Of a DNA stretch of 64,000 nucleotides, positions 1 to 8,777 are shown one piece after another. The stretch's first letter is position 1; every line of letters begins with the position of its first letter. The stretch comes from a bacterium (GTDB taxonomy: Bacteria; Myxococcota_A; UBA9160; UBA6930), in the NCBI GenBank assembly GCA_024226235.1, contig JAAELW010000079.1:366-64365 (forward strand), written 5' to 3'. The notes beneath the pieces are model-generated. The model worked only from the letters and a program-made list of their open reading frames with translations. It was not told the origin of the DNA and searched no databases. Made by a program: the position numbers and the translations under genes.

Positions 1-1214
1 ACCATCCCTACTGGCTCGAGGATCCGGAGTTCAATCTCGAATTCCACGTGCGTCACATCGCCCTCCCCCATCCGGGCGACTGGCGGCAGCTCTGCATCCA
101 GGTGGCGCGGATCCAGTCGCGGCCGATGGACCTGTCCAAGCCGCTCTGGGAGATGTACGTGATCGAAGGGCTCGACAACGTCGATGACGTGCCGACGGGC
201 AGCTTCGCCGTGATGACGAAGATCCACCATGCGGCCATAGACGGGGTGTCCGGGGCCGAACTGGCCGGGGCCATCCACGATATGTCTCCCGATGCCGAGC
301 CTGCGCCGCCGGACGAAGATTGGCAGCCCGAACGGGAGCCCTCCTACCTGGAGATGGCCGCTCGCACCACGCTCAACAACATTCGCAACCCCTTCAGACT
401 CATGCGCACGGCCGGCGAGACCGTTCCGGGCCTCACGAACTTTTTTGGCAGCTCGCCGGAAGACGAGATCGATGAGGTCAAGGAAGTTCCGCGCACCCGT
501 TTCAACGGCACCATCTCGTGCCATCGGGTCGTCGAAGGCCGGAACTTCTCTCTCCAGGACATCCGTGACATCCGGAAGCGTATCCCGGGCGCGACGGTCA
601 ACGACGTGATCCTCACTGTCTGCGGCGGCGCCCTCCGGAAGTACCTCGAATTCCACCGCGAGCTTCCGGACGAACCGCTTGTGGCCATGGCGCCGATCTC
701 GGTCCGCTCGGATGACGAGACTGGAACGGCCGGCAACCGGATCTCGGCGATGTCCGTAACCCTCTACTCCGATGAGGCCGACCCGCTGGAACGCCTGCGC
801 AAGGTGCAACGGGGCACCAAAGCTTCCAAGAAGACTGCTGAAGCGATTGGTGCCCAGACGATGACCGATGTGGCGCAATTCATGCCCGGCATGTTGACCG
901 GATTGGCAGCACGCCTCTACACCCGGCTCGGCCTTGCGAACGCCATCAAACCCTTCTGCAACACCGTCATCACCAACGTGCCGGGGCCGCAGATCCCGCT
1001 CTACTTCACCGGTGCCAGGATGTGCGCCCTCTACGGAATGGGCCCGGTACTGGACGGCATGGGCATCATCCACCCGGTATTCAGTTGCTCGGGTCGTATC
1101 AGCATCTCGGTGACCGCATGCCGGAAGATGCTCCCGGACCCGGGCTTCTACGCCGACTGCATTCGAGCATCCTTCGATGATCTGCTGGAGAAGGCGCTCG
1201 AGCCGGCGCCGTAG
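1..1214 (+). CDS. WS/DGAT-family wax ester synthase / diacylglycerol acyltransferase, 5'-truncated by window edge
   Basis: Frame 3 is open from base 3; the track ORF 48..1214 starts at an internal GTG. The HHxxxDG active-site motif is present as HHAAIDGVSG. A C-terminal TNVPGPQIPLY block is typical of the family. Stop at 1212-1214. Confidence 0.85.
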   Translation, partial: HPYWLEDPEFNLEFHVRHIALPHPGDWRQLCIQVARIQSRPMDLSKPLWEMYVIEGLDNVDDVPTGSFAVMTKIHHAAIDGVSGAELAGAIHDMSPDAEPAPPDEDWQPEREPSYLEMAARTTLNNIRNPFRLMRTAGETVPGLTNFFGSSPEDEIDEVKEVPRTRFNGTISCHRVVEGRNFSLQDIRDIRKRIPGATVNDVILTVCGGALRKYLEFHRELPDEPLVAMAPISVRSDDETGTAGNRISAMSVTLYSDEADPLERLRKVQRGTKASKKTAEAIGAQTMTDVAQFMPGMLTGLAARLYTRLGLANAIKPFCNTVITNVPGPQIPLYFTGARMCALYGMGPVLDGMGIIHPVFSCSGRISISVTACRKMLPDPGFYADCIRASFDDLLEKALEPAP

Positions 1215-1266
1215 CTCCCCTTCGGGACTGAGTCGGGTTTCGTGCTACTCCTCGCCCGTGAGCAGA

Positions 1267-3528
1267 ATGGCAGTCCTTGCATTCCTGGCTGGAGCGCTCG
1301 GATGCGGATCAACTGAACAAAGCGTCCAGTCATCCGCAGAAACTCCTGAATACGTCGGGGCGCAAGCCTGCGCGAACTGCCATCCCGAAGAAATGGGGCT
1401 CTGGCGAGGCTCCCACCACGATCTCGCCATGCAGGAAGCCGACGCACAGACAGTCCTCGGCGACTTCGAGGATCTGACCTTCGAGCATCGCGGTGAACAC
1501 TTCCGCTTCCACCAACAGGGAGACCGGTTCTTCGTAGAGACCGCGGGTGCGGATGGAGTGACGGACGACTTCGAAATCGGCTTCACATTTGGTGTGGAGC
1601 CGCTGCAGCAGTACCTCGTGCGGCTACCCGGCGGTCGATTGCAGGCGTTGGGAGTGGCATGGGATACGCGGCCAGCAGCGGTTGGAGGCCAGCGCTGGTT
1701 TCACCTGCAGCCCGACGAAGCGATCCCGCCAGGCGATGTCTTGCACTGGACCGGTCCGGCCGGAAACTGGAATGCGATGTGCGCAGACTGTCACTCGACG
1801 AATCTCCAGAAGGGCTACCAGCTGGACGGAGACCGCTACGAGACGCATTGGTCCGAGCTCGACGTCGCGTGCGAGGCCTGTCATGGCCCCGGCTCAGCAC
1901 ATCTCGCCTGGGTTGATTCCGGTGCAGACGCCTCACTGGATGGAGCGGGGCTCGAGGTTCCGCTCGGAAGCAAACGCGTCTGGCAGCTCCGGGAAGAAGC
2001 GCGAATCGCGAGCCGGGCGCCGCCCTCCGAGCCGGGAGGGAGAGGCGAGATCGATGTGTGTGCACCGTGCCACTCCCGCCGCTCCCGGATCGCCGAAGCC
2101 GCGCACGGCGACACTTTTCTCGACCTGTATCGGCCTGCCTTGATCGACGAGGGCTTGTATCACGCGGACGGTCAGATCGAGGACGAGGTCTACGTATGGG
2201 GCTCCTTCGTGCAGAGCCGGATGTACTCGGCAGGGGTCACTTGCAGTGACTGCCACGATCCCCATGGCCTCCGGATCGCCGAGCCGGACGCCGTATGCGC
2301 CGGCTGCCATAGGGCCGAGGCCTTCGACACGCCCGCGCATCACCATCATCCGCCGGGCTCGGCGGGGGCGAGCTGCGTCGCGTGCCACATGCCTTCGCGT
2401 ACCTACATGGTCGTGGATGACCGCCGCGACCACGGCTTTCGCGTGCCACGGCCCGGTGTAAGCGAGCGGATCGGAGCACCGGATCCGTGTACGAGCTGCC
2501 ACTCGGAACGAAGCACTGGCTGGGCTGCTGAAACGATCGCGGATTGGAACGGAGGCTCCGCGGCCCCGCGCGTCCATCCGGGTGAGGTACTTCATGCGGG
2601 TCGACGCCAACTTCCGGGTGCGGCTGCGTCTCTGGCGTCTCTGGCGGACGACCGGGCCCGACCCTCCATCTTGCGCGCGTCGGCTCTCCGATTGCTCGGT
2701 GCCCAACAAGACCCAGCCTGGCTTCCGACACTGCTCGCCGGCCTTCGGGACCCGGAGCCTCTCGTGCGCCTGGTGGCGACCGAGGCTGTGGAAGTGCTTC
2801 CGCCGCGGGATCGTTGGATTGCGCTCGAACCCATGCTGCGCGACGAAGTCGGTACTGTGCGCATCGAGGCTGCCCGGGTCCTTGCACCTCTGCGACGGGG
2901 CATCACCGATCCGCGGGCTTCCAGAAATCTGGATTCTGCGCTCGAGGAGTATCGGGAAGCCCAGCTGCAGAACGCCGATCGACCCGAGAGCCACGTGAAC
3001 CTGGGCCTGTTGCACGACCGGCTCGGTGAGGCCAAGCTGGCCCAGCGTGCCTACCAAACCGCGGTGCGCGTAGGCCCCTGGTTCATGCCGGGCTACATCA
3101 ACCTCGCGGAACTCCACCGTACCCAGGGGCGCGAGCCCGATAGCGAGCGGGTACTGCGGCAGGCACTGACCCACCATCCAGACAGCGCCGACGCACTCCA
3201 TGCGCTCGGTCTCCTGCTCGTTCGACACGGGAAACTCGATCAGGCGCTCGTGTCCCTGGAACGCGCCAGCATCCTGGCCCCGGGCAACCCGCGCTACGCC
3301 TACGCCCATGGCATCGCGCTGAGCTCCACTGGCGACCTGGAAGCAGGGCTGGACGTGCTGGCCCGGGCTCACGAGCGGCACCCGGGCAACCCGGACCTTC
3401 TGGTCGCCCTTGCCACACTGCATCGCGACGCAGGCCAACTGGCCACCGCACGAATCCACGCACAGAAGCTCCTTGCTTTGCGACCCGACGATCCGGGCGC
3501 CCAGGCGCTCATGCGCCAGCTGGAATAG
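1267..3528 (+). CDS. Multihaem c-type cytochrome (8 CxxCH) fused to a HEAT/TPR-repeat C-terminal half; probable lipoprotein
   Basis: Eight haem motifs: CANCH, CADCH, CEACH, CAPCH, CSDCH, CAGCH, CVACH, CTSCH. ATG at 1267 gives MAVLAFLAGALGCGS (signal peptide plus Cys). The track start 1177 overlaps the previous gene. The last ~300 aa read as TPR-like repeats. Confidence 0.85.
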   Translation: MAVLAFLAGALGCGSTEQSVQSSAETPEYVGAQACANCHPEEMGLWRGSHHDLAMQEADAQTVLGDFEDLTFEHRGEHFRFHQQGDRFFVETAGADGVTDDFEIGFTFGVEPLQQYLVRLPGGRLQALGVAWDTRPAAVGGQRWFHLQPDEAIPPGDVLHWTGPAGNWNAMCADCHSTNLQKGYQLDGDRYETHWSELDVACEACHGPGSAHLAWVDSGADASLDGAGLEVPLGSKRVWQLREEARIASRAPPSEPGGRGEIDVCAPCHSRRSRIAEAAHGDTFLDLYRPALIDEGLYHADGQIEDEVYVWGSFVQSRMYSAGVTCSDCHDPHGLRIAEPDAVCAGCHRAEAFDTPAHHHHPPGSAGASCVACHMPSRTYMVVDDRRDHGFRVPRPGVSERIGAPDPCTSCHSERSTGWAAETIADWNGGSAAPRVHPGEVLHAGRRQLPGAAASLASLADDRARPSILRASALRLLGAQQDPAWLPTLLAGLRDPEPLVRLVATEAVEVLPPRDRWIALEPMLRDEVGTVRIEAARVLAPLRRGITDPRASRNLDSALEEYREAQLQNADRPESHVNLGLLHDRLGEAKLAQRAYQTAVRVGPWFMPGYINLAELHRTQGREPDSERVLRQALTHHPDSADALHALGLLLVRHGKLDQALVSLERASILAPGNPRYAYAHGIALSSTGDLEAGLDVLARAHERHPGNPDLLVALATLHRDAGQLATARIHAQKLLALRPDDPGAQALMRQLE

Positions 3529-3548
3529 CTGCAATCCTCTGGCGTACC

Positions 3549-5837
3549 ATGCTCAGGCTCATCTTCATCTTGCTCCTTGCCTCACCCTCGTTCGCGGAAG
3601 AGGTGCAAACCGACGCCCCCGAGGAGGTTCCGTCCGGCATCACGCTGCACATCACGAAGCGAGCGCAGCCACTCGAAGAGAGGGAAGTGACGAGCTCGCT
3701 CGCCACACTCGATCGGGAGGAGATTCGCTACCGCAGCATCGAGCGTCTCTCGGATTTCCTTGCCCGTGTTCCCAATGTGCAGGTCCAGGGCACTTCCGGT
3801 CCGATCGCCATCCGAGGTATCGCACCCAGCCAGGTTTCGGGCTCCCCCGGCGGCCTGACCTCTCCCGTCGCTCAGCACGTGAACGGCATCTTCAAGCCCG
3901 CAGGTGAGATCTCCTACATCGGCCAGTTCTTCGACCTGGAGCGGTTGGAACTGATACGCGGGCCTTCGGGGACCGTGTACGGCCGGTCGGCAACGGCCGG
4001 CGCTCTGGATCTTCGTTGGAGGCGGCCCCATGCCAGTTGGGAGGCATTCGGCGACGTCACCGGGTCGCGCCCCGATGCCGTACTGTTCCGAGGCGGGTTG
4101 AACCTTCCGCTGCTCGGCCAGGGAGACGAGCGGCTGCTCGCCCGCATCTCCCTGCAACGCGAGCGGGCAGACGGTTTCCAGGACGACCCCTCCCTTCGCA
4201 GCAGCCGCGACCCCGAGAATGCCGACGATCTCTCCGCGCGAGCGATCATCACCTCGAAGCTCGGAAACGATTTCTCCGCGGAGCTGCGCGGCCACTACCA
4301 CCACTCGGACGCACTGGGCCTGCAGAGCCGGCCGGCGACCAGCGAATTCCCGCTCGGTGCATTGGCCACACCCTTTGGCGTGTTCGCCACCGATCCGTTT
4401 GCCGGCGCCGCTCAGACCTCGAGCGATCCATTGAAGGTGCGCAGCCGCTCGACGCAACTCGGCGACCCGGTGCTACGGGTACGCGCGATCGATGGTGAGC
4501 TTCGCTGGCGCCTGCCCAGATTGCCCGCGCTTGGCCGACCGCACTTCACAATCCTCGGCGGCTGGGAGAGGCGCGAGCAGGAGAGCGTCTTCGATGTGGA
4601 CGGAACCGAACTCGTCATTGCGGAAGGGGCTATGGACAGCCGCGCCACCACCTGGACCGGTGAGGCCCGCATCGCAACGGACCCGGAGTTACGGAACTAC
4701 CACGCCTTGATCGGTGCGTTCGCATTCCAGGACAGGAGCCACGAAGCCTCCCAGAACCTCACGCCGTTCGGCCCTTTCGACGTAGAGTCACGAAACCGCG
4801 AACGGGGCTTCGCGGTGTTCGCAAGTGGCGGCATCCAGCCCTTCGCGATGCTCGAGCGTGGGCCCGACATCGAGTTGTTCGGTGGTGTGCGCTGGAATCG
4901 CGACAAGTCCCGGGTGGTCGAGACGATCGCGACGGGGCCACTCTCGCCCGGCGGGCAGCTCGACGGAAACGCCGCCTTCGAGGAGGTCACCAGCGAGGCA
5001 GGTCTGCGTTGGCAGGCATCGCCAAACCAGATGCTCTACGCCAAGTGGGCGCGTGGCTACAAACCGGGCCTGCTCGAACTCATCGTGGCCACCGGTACCA
5101 CGAACGCGGTCGATCCGGAAATCGTCGAGACCTTCGAGATCGGAACGCGCAGCCGACTTCTCGGAGGCCGTGTACAGCTCGATCTGACCGGCTTCTTGAG
5201 TTACTACGACGATCTCCAGGTCTTGCAGATCCGAGGGCTGCAGGTCCTGACCGAGAATGCAGCCGAGGCCACGATCTGGGGCATCGAAGCCAGCCTCTCC
5301 GTCGAACCCTTGCCGGGCTGGCAGGTCCGGCTCTCCGCTGCCCATCTGGATGCCACGTTCGACGAGTTCTGCTCCGATGATCCGGCCCAGTTCTTCGCTG
5401 TGTCCGAGCCCGGCTGCCCCGATGCCACGCCGGGAACGATCTTCAACGGGCAGAGCAACCTGGAAGGCAACCAACTCCAGGACGCGCCGCGGTGGAAAGC
5501 ATCGATCTATACCACCTACGCATTTTCACTCGGCGCGCACGGCACATTGAGACCCGTGGCGGAATTCACCTGGACGGACGGCAGCTATCTGCGTCCGTTC
5601 AATCTCGACACGGATCGCCGCAACTCCACGACCTCGACGGATTTGAGATTGATCTGGATGGATGCGAGCGAGCGGGTCTCCGCGGAGATCTTCGTCGAGA
5701 ACCTGGGAAATGATGTGGTCTACGCACGCCGCAGTGTGCTGCCGGAGTTCGCCGGTGGCTTTCCGGTGGGCCTGGGGCTGCTTCCACCGCGCCGCTTCGG
5801 CATCCGACTCGGCTTTCGCTGGGGCAGTCGTCCCTGA
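3549..5837 (+). CDS. TonB-dependent outer-membrane receptor
   Basis: Signal peptide MLRLIFILLLASPSFA. Plug-like block ERLELIRGPSGTVYG. Long beta-barrel-type sequence ending FGIRLGFRW. Starts 20 nt after the cytochrome gene. Confidence 0.85.
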   Translation: MLRLIFILLLASPSFAEEVQTDAPEEVPSGITLHITKRAQPLEEREVTSSLATLDREEIRYRSIERLSDFLARVPNVQVQGTSGPIAIRGIAPSQVSGSPGGLTSPVAQHVNGIFKPAGEISYIGQFFDLERLELIRGPSGTVYGRSATAGALDLRWRRPHASWEAFGDVTGSRPDAVLFRGGLNLPLLGQGDERLLARISLQRERADGFQDDPSLRSSRDPENADDLSARAIITSKLGNDFSAELRGHYHHSDALGLQSRPATSEFPLGALATPFGVFATDPFAGAAQTSSDPLKVRSRSTQLGDPVLRVRAIDGELRWRLPRLPALGRPHFTILGGWERREQESVFDVDGTELVIAEGAMDSRATTWTGEARIATDPELRNYHALIGAFAFQDRSHEASQNLTPFGPFDVESRNRERGFAVFASGGIQPFAMLERGPDIELFGGVRWNRDKSRVVETIATGPLSPGGQLDGNAAFEEVTSEAGLRWQASPNQMLYAKWARGYKPGLLELIVATGTTNAVDPEIVETFEIGTRSRLLGGRVQLDLTGFLSYYDDLQVLQIRGLQVLTENAAEATIWGIEASLSVEPLPGWQVRLSAAHLDATFDEFCSDDPAQFFAVSEPGCPDATPGTIFNGQSNLEGNQLQDAPRWKASIYTTYAFSLGAHGTLRPVAEFTWTDGSYLRPFNLDTDRRNSTTSTDLRLIWMDASERVSAEIFVENLGNDVVYARRSVLPEFAGGFPVGLGLLPPRRFGIRLGFRWGSRP

Positions 5838-5860
5838 CCCGACCATCGGCACAAACGACT

Positions 5861-5887
5861 CGAGCCGAAGGCTTTGCCTCCGGCTCG
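5861..5887. terminator. Imperfect hairpin between convergent genes (candidate bidirectional terminator)
   Basis: CGAGCCG-A-AGGC-TTT-GCCT-C-CGGCTCG sits between the TonB receptor stop (5837) and the PEP-CTERM gene stop (5929). T-rich run on the + side (cgtcatttgtgg). Confidence 0.45.
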
Positions 5888-5928
5888 CGTCATTTGTGGA
5901 ATGCGTTCCCGACGGTTGAATCTTTCCG

Positions 5929-6384
5929 TCAGGAGCGTCGAGACCGTCGGGCTCGGGTGAGGGCAAGGCTGCCGACCCCAAGGCCGAGGAGTGCCAAAGT
6001 TCCGGGCTCGGGCACGTTCGGCGGCACCGTCGTCGCAAAGGTCAACACGATGTTCCCCTTGTGGCGCAACGTGAAATCGAGCTCATTGCCATACATGGTG
6101 ATCGTCTTCTGCCACGTTCGACCACTCGGCTTGGTGATCAGATAATGGACTTCGGTTTCCATATCGGATGGATCATCGGCGAGGTAGCCGAGATCTCCCA
6201 GAGAGACCGTGAATTTGGCCCACCCCTGACCCTCCGTCGCCTGGAACTCGATGCTGGTCTCGTCAACCTGGTCCACAGTCGCCTGCTTGGTGCCGTACAC
6301 ATCGATACTCAAGGCCTGAGCACTGCCGGCCCACAGCAGGCCTGCACCCAACACCAACCCGATCATCATCAACATCTTCCGCAT
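5929..6384 (-). CDS. PEP-CTERM sorting-domain secreted protein
   Basis: C-terminus VPEPGTLALLGLGVGSLALTRARRSRRS matches the PEP motif, TM helix and basic tail. The internal ATG at 6384 gives signal peptide MRKMLMMIGLVLGAGLLWAGSAQA. The upstream 47 codons of the track ORF look non-coding. Confidence 0.8.
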   Translation of the reverse strand: MRKMLMMIGLVLGAGLLWAGSAQALSIDVYGTKQATVDQVDETSIEFQATEGQGWAKFTVSLGDLGYLADDPSDMETEVHYLITKPSGRTWQKTITMYGNELDFTLRHKGNIVLTFATTVPPNVPEPGTLALLGLGVGSLALTRARRSRRS

Positions 6385-6476
6385 GGGATCCCTCCAGCCG
6401 CACAATCGCGGATTCAAACTCGTACGAATGCGTGGTTCGGGATCCGTGTTTGTGTCACTCGGAAGTGAGGTTTTTG

Positions 6477-6501
6477 CCCCCCCCTGGGGGGGGAGAGGGG
6501 G
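6477..6501. repeat. C8-T-G8 homopolymer palindrome followed by AGA-G5
   Basis: Read directly: cccccccc t gggggggg aga ggggg. It lies in the divergent intergenic region 6385-6621. Confidence 0.9.
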
Positions 6502-6621
6502 CATTTGTGCCGAATCCACTCTCAACGTCTGCGGCTGATCCGCCGACCTTTCCTTCGGTCAGCCGCGGCTTCCACTCGACAAGAGGCTTTTGGCCCCAGA
6601 TCCCAGGAGGAACCCATTCCG

Positions 6622-6939
6622 ATGCGATCCATGCCCAGAGCCGCAGCCTGCGCGTTCAGCGCAATCTCACTCGCCTGCTTCATCGAAGTCTCCGGCTCGT
6701 CGTCCGGTACGTTTCCCGGCTCTGGCGGGCTCGAGTCCTCCCTCGAGGCCGAGTTCGGGTCCAGGGCGGGCGGCGCCTCCGCAAGCATCCAATGCCCCTC
6801 TGGCCTGACCGGAACCCAGGGCCACCAGATCGCCTGCCACGGTGAGACCTCGGACGGGTTCACGCTCGAGATCGTCGTTCTGGAGCGCGGCGGGGACGAC
6901 TACCGCTGGGATGTCGTCGAGAGCGTCCCGATCCGCTGA
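6622..6939 (+). CDS. Small secreted hypothetical protein (105 aa)
   Basis: ATG at 6622 is preceded by AGGAGG (6606-6611). N-terminal signal-like MRSMPRAAACAFSAISLACFIEV. Two Cys in the mature part (IQCPSG..IACHGE). Confidence 0.55.
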   Translation: MRSMPRAAACAFSAISLACFIEVSGSSSGTFPGSGGLESSLEAEFGSRAGGASASIQCPSGLTGTQGHQIACHGETSDGFTLEIVVLERGGDDYRWDVVESVPIR

Positions 6940-7020
6940 GCGAGGGACTGGCAGCCCAGGGTCAGCGATGCGGGCCCTTCCCGGCGCATGTTCGTCTCGG
7001 AACGTGCCGGGGCTGCGTCT

Positions 7021-7647
7021 TCACCGACGACCCGCACCCGGGCCATACCGTCCATGGCACCAGAAGACCAACCAGCTGAACACAGGGACCATCAGCACCC
7101 ACGGTAGTTGGGTCTGAAAGGTGATCGCGCGACCCCCGATCTCGAAGAGAACGAAGTTGAACCATGGTCCGGTTGGGATCAGGGGCGCCCAGGACAGTGG
7201 CAACCCGGGCTTCACCTGGTCGTGGATCATGTACTCCACGTAGATGTTCTGTCCAACGAACACGATGGACAAGACCATCAAGGCCGGCCATTTCCACGCC
7301 TTGAAGGCGGTATCCCGAAAACCGTAGATCAGCCAGATCAGAAACAGTCCGATCAGGCAGATCGCTGCGTCGAACAATGAGGTCAGAACCCAATTCAGGT
7401 TCTGCGGAATGGCCTCCGACATGGCCGGTGCGCGGCGGGCGTCCACGGGCAGCCCCCCGACCAGACCAAAGGTGTACCAGACCTCCCAACCCAGTGCGCA
7501 GAGCAGGAACGAGTAGGCATAGACCGCCATCACCCACCGGGGCAGCCTCCCGAAATGGTACAGAGCAATCGTCACCACCAGCGGGACGAATGCCGCGAGG
7601 TAGAGATTCCTCACCACGAAGGCTTGCTGCTCGGTCAGTTCCATCAT
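7021..7647 (-). CDS. Integral membrane protein, function unknown
   Basis: 208-aa ORF with several hydrophobic Trp/Phe-rich helices (FVPLVVTIALY, WVMAVYAYSFLLCALGW, LTSLFDAAICLIGLFLIWLIY and others). Codon bias is typical of the window. Confidence 0.6.
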   Translation of the reverse strand: MMELTEQQAFVVRNLYLAAFVPLVVTIALYHFGRLPRWVMAVYAYSFLLCALGWEVWYTFGLVGGLPVDARRAPAMSEAIPQNLNWVLTSLFDAAICLIGLFLIWLIYGFRDTAFKAWKWPALMVLSIVFVGQNIYVEYMIHDQVKPGLPLSWAPLIPTGPWFNFVLFEIGGRAITFQTQLPWVLMVPVFSWLVFWCHGRYGPGAGRR

Positions 7648-7727
7648 CGATCCGCCCTGGAGTCAGAGTGTGTCGGCATCCGCGGCCAATTCGTCAACGA
7701 ATGGTGTATGCCCGCATGCGGGCTGGG

Positions 7728-8714
7728 TCAGCCGGCCGGTACGACCTCGGGAAGTACCTGCTCGGCCAACAACTCGAGGCTCCGCCAGGCCAGCTTCGGA
7801 GGCAGGCCACCGCAAAGAGGGTGGAGCAGGAGCAGACCGTGGCCGCGGATGTACTCGACGGCCTGGGCCGGCGTGAAGATGCGATAGGGACCCATCGAGG
7901 CGCGCAGCTCATCCACCGTCTTCGCAATCGACTTCGAGACCGATTTGCTCTCCCCGCCCATCCACGCTCCATAGGCCCGGGCGTCGTGGAGGAGATGGGG
8001 TCCCATCTCCTCCCAGGCGCGATCGACATCTTCTGCAACAAACGCAGACGTCACCGTGTCGGAGGGCGGGTTGATGCAGAGCCCGGGTTCGCGACCCAGC
8101 TTGCGGCACTGCGCCGCATAGTACTCGGTGAGCCCGGGGTTCAGGCCCTGGGCCAACATCCCCATACCAAAACGCGCGGCCCGGCGCGCGGCGGCCTGAC
8201 TGTTGCCCCCCATCAAGAGCGTCGGCCCTCCCGGCGTGTGGGGATGCGGTCGCACGCAGATCGTCTCTCCGCGGTAGTCGAACGGCTCTCCGGTGAATGC
8301 CTTTGCGAGCACCTCGAGGCATTCATCCATCCGCCGGCCCCGATCCTTGAAATCGAGCCCGAACATCGCGTACTCGCTGGGCACGTAACCGACCGCAGTG
8401 ACGTAGCTGACCCGGCCGCCACTGGTGAGATCCAGCACCGCCATATCCTCGGCCAGGCGCACCGGATCGTGGAGCGGTAGGACCAACGCTCCAATCTGGA
8501 TGCCGATGTTCGCGGTTCTGGCCGCCATCGCGGAGGCCAGGATCATCGGTGAGGGGAGGTATCCGTCCTCAGAGCCGTGGTGCTCGGAGATCACGATCTG
8601 AACGCAGCCGCGGGCCTCGGCCCAGGCAGTCATCTCGAGTGCTGTCCGATACAGCTCCTCGGTCGTCGCCGACCCGAAGCCCGGCGCCCTCATATCGAAG
8701 CGCATGATGAACAC
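7728..8714 (-). CDS. LLM-class (luciferase-like) flavin-dependent oxidoreductase
   Basis: N-terminal FDMRAP...AEARGCVQIVISEHHGSEDGYLPSP and overall TIM-barrel LLM pattern. GTG start at 8714 is preceded by GGGAG. Confidence 0.8.
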   Translation of the reverse strand: MFIMRFDMRAPGFGSATTEELYRTALEMTAWAEARGCVQIVISEHHGSEDGYLPSPMILASAMAARTANIGIQIGALVLPLHDPVRLAEDMAVLDLTSGGRVSYVTAVGYVPSEYAMFGLDFKDRGRRMDECLEVLAKAFTGEPFDYRGETICVRPHPHTPGGPTLLMGGNSQAAARRAARFGMGMLAQGLNPGLTEYYAAQCRKLGREPGLCINPPSDTVTSAFVAEDVDRAWEEMGPHLLHDARAYGAWMGGESKSVSKSIAKTVDELRASMGPYRIFTPAQAVEYIRGHGLLLLHPLCGGLPPKLAWRSLELLAEQVLPEVVPAG

Positions 8715-8777
8715 GACATCTCCCGATTCCGGATGCCGCGGCGCACTGGATCAGAACGCCACCGGGTGTCTGGGTTT

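Noticed and set aside
1933-3534. 533-aa minus-strand ORF antisense to the multihaem cytochrome gene
   Set aside because: It is Arg/Pro/Gly-rich low-complexity translation, typical of shadow ORFs in GC-rich DNA. The + strand carries unmistakable CxxCH and TPR features.
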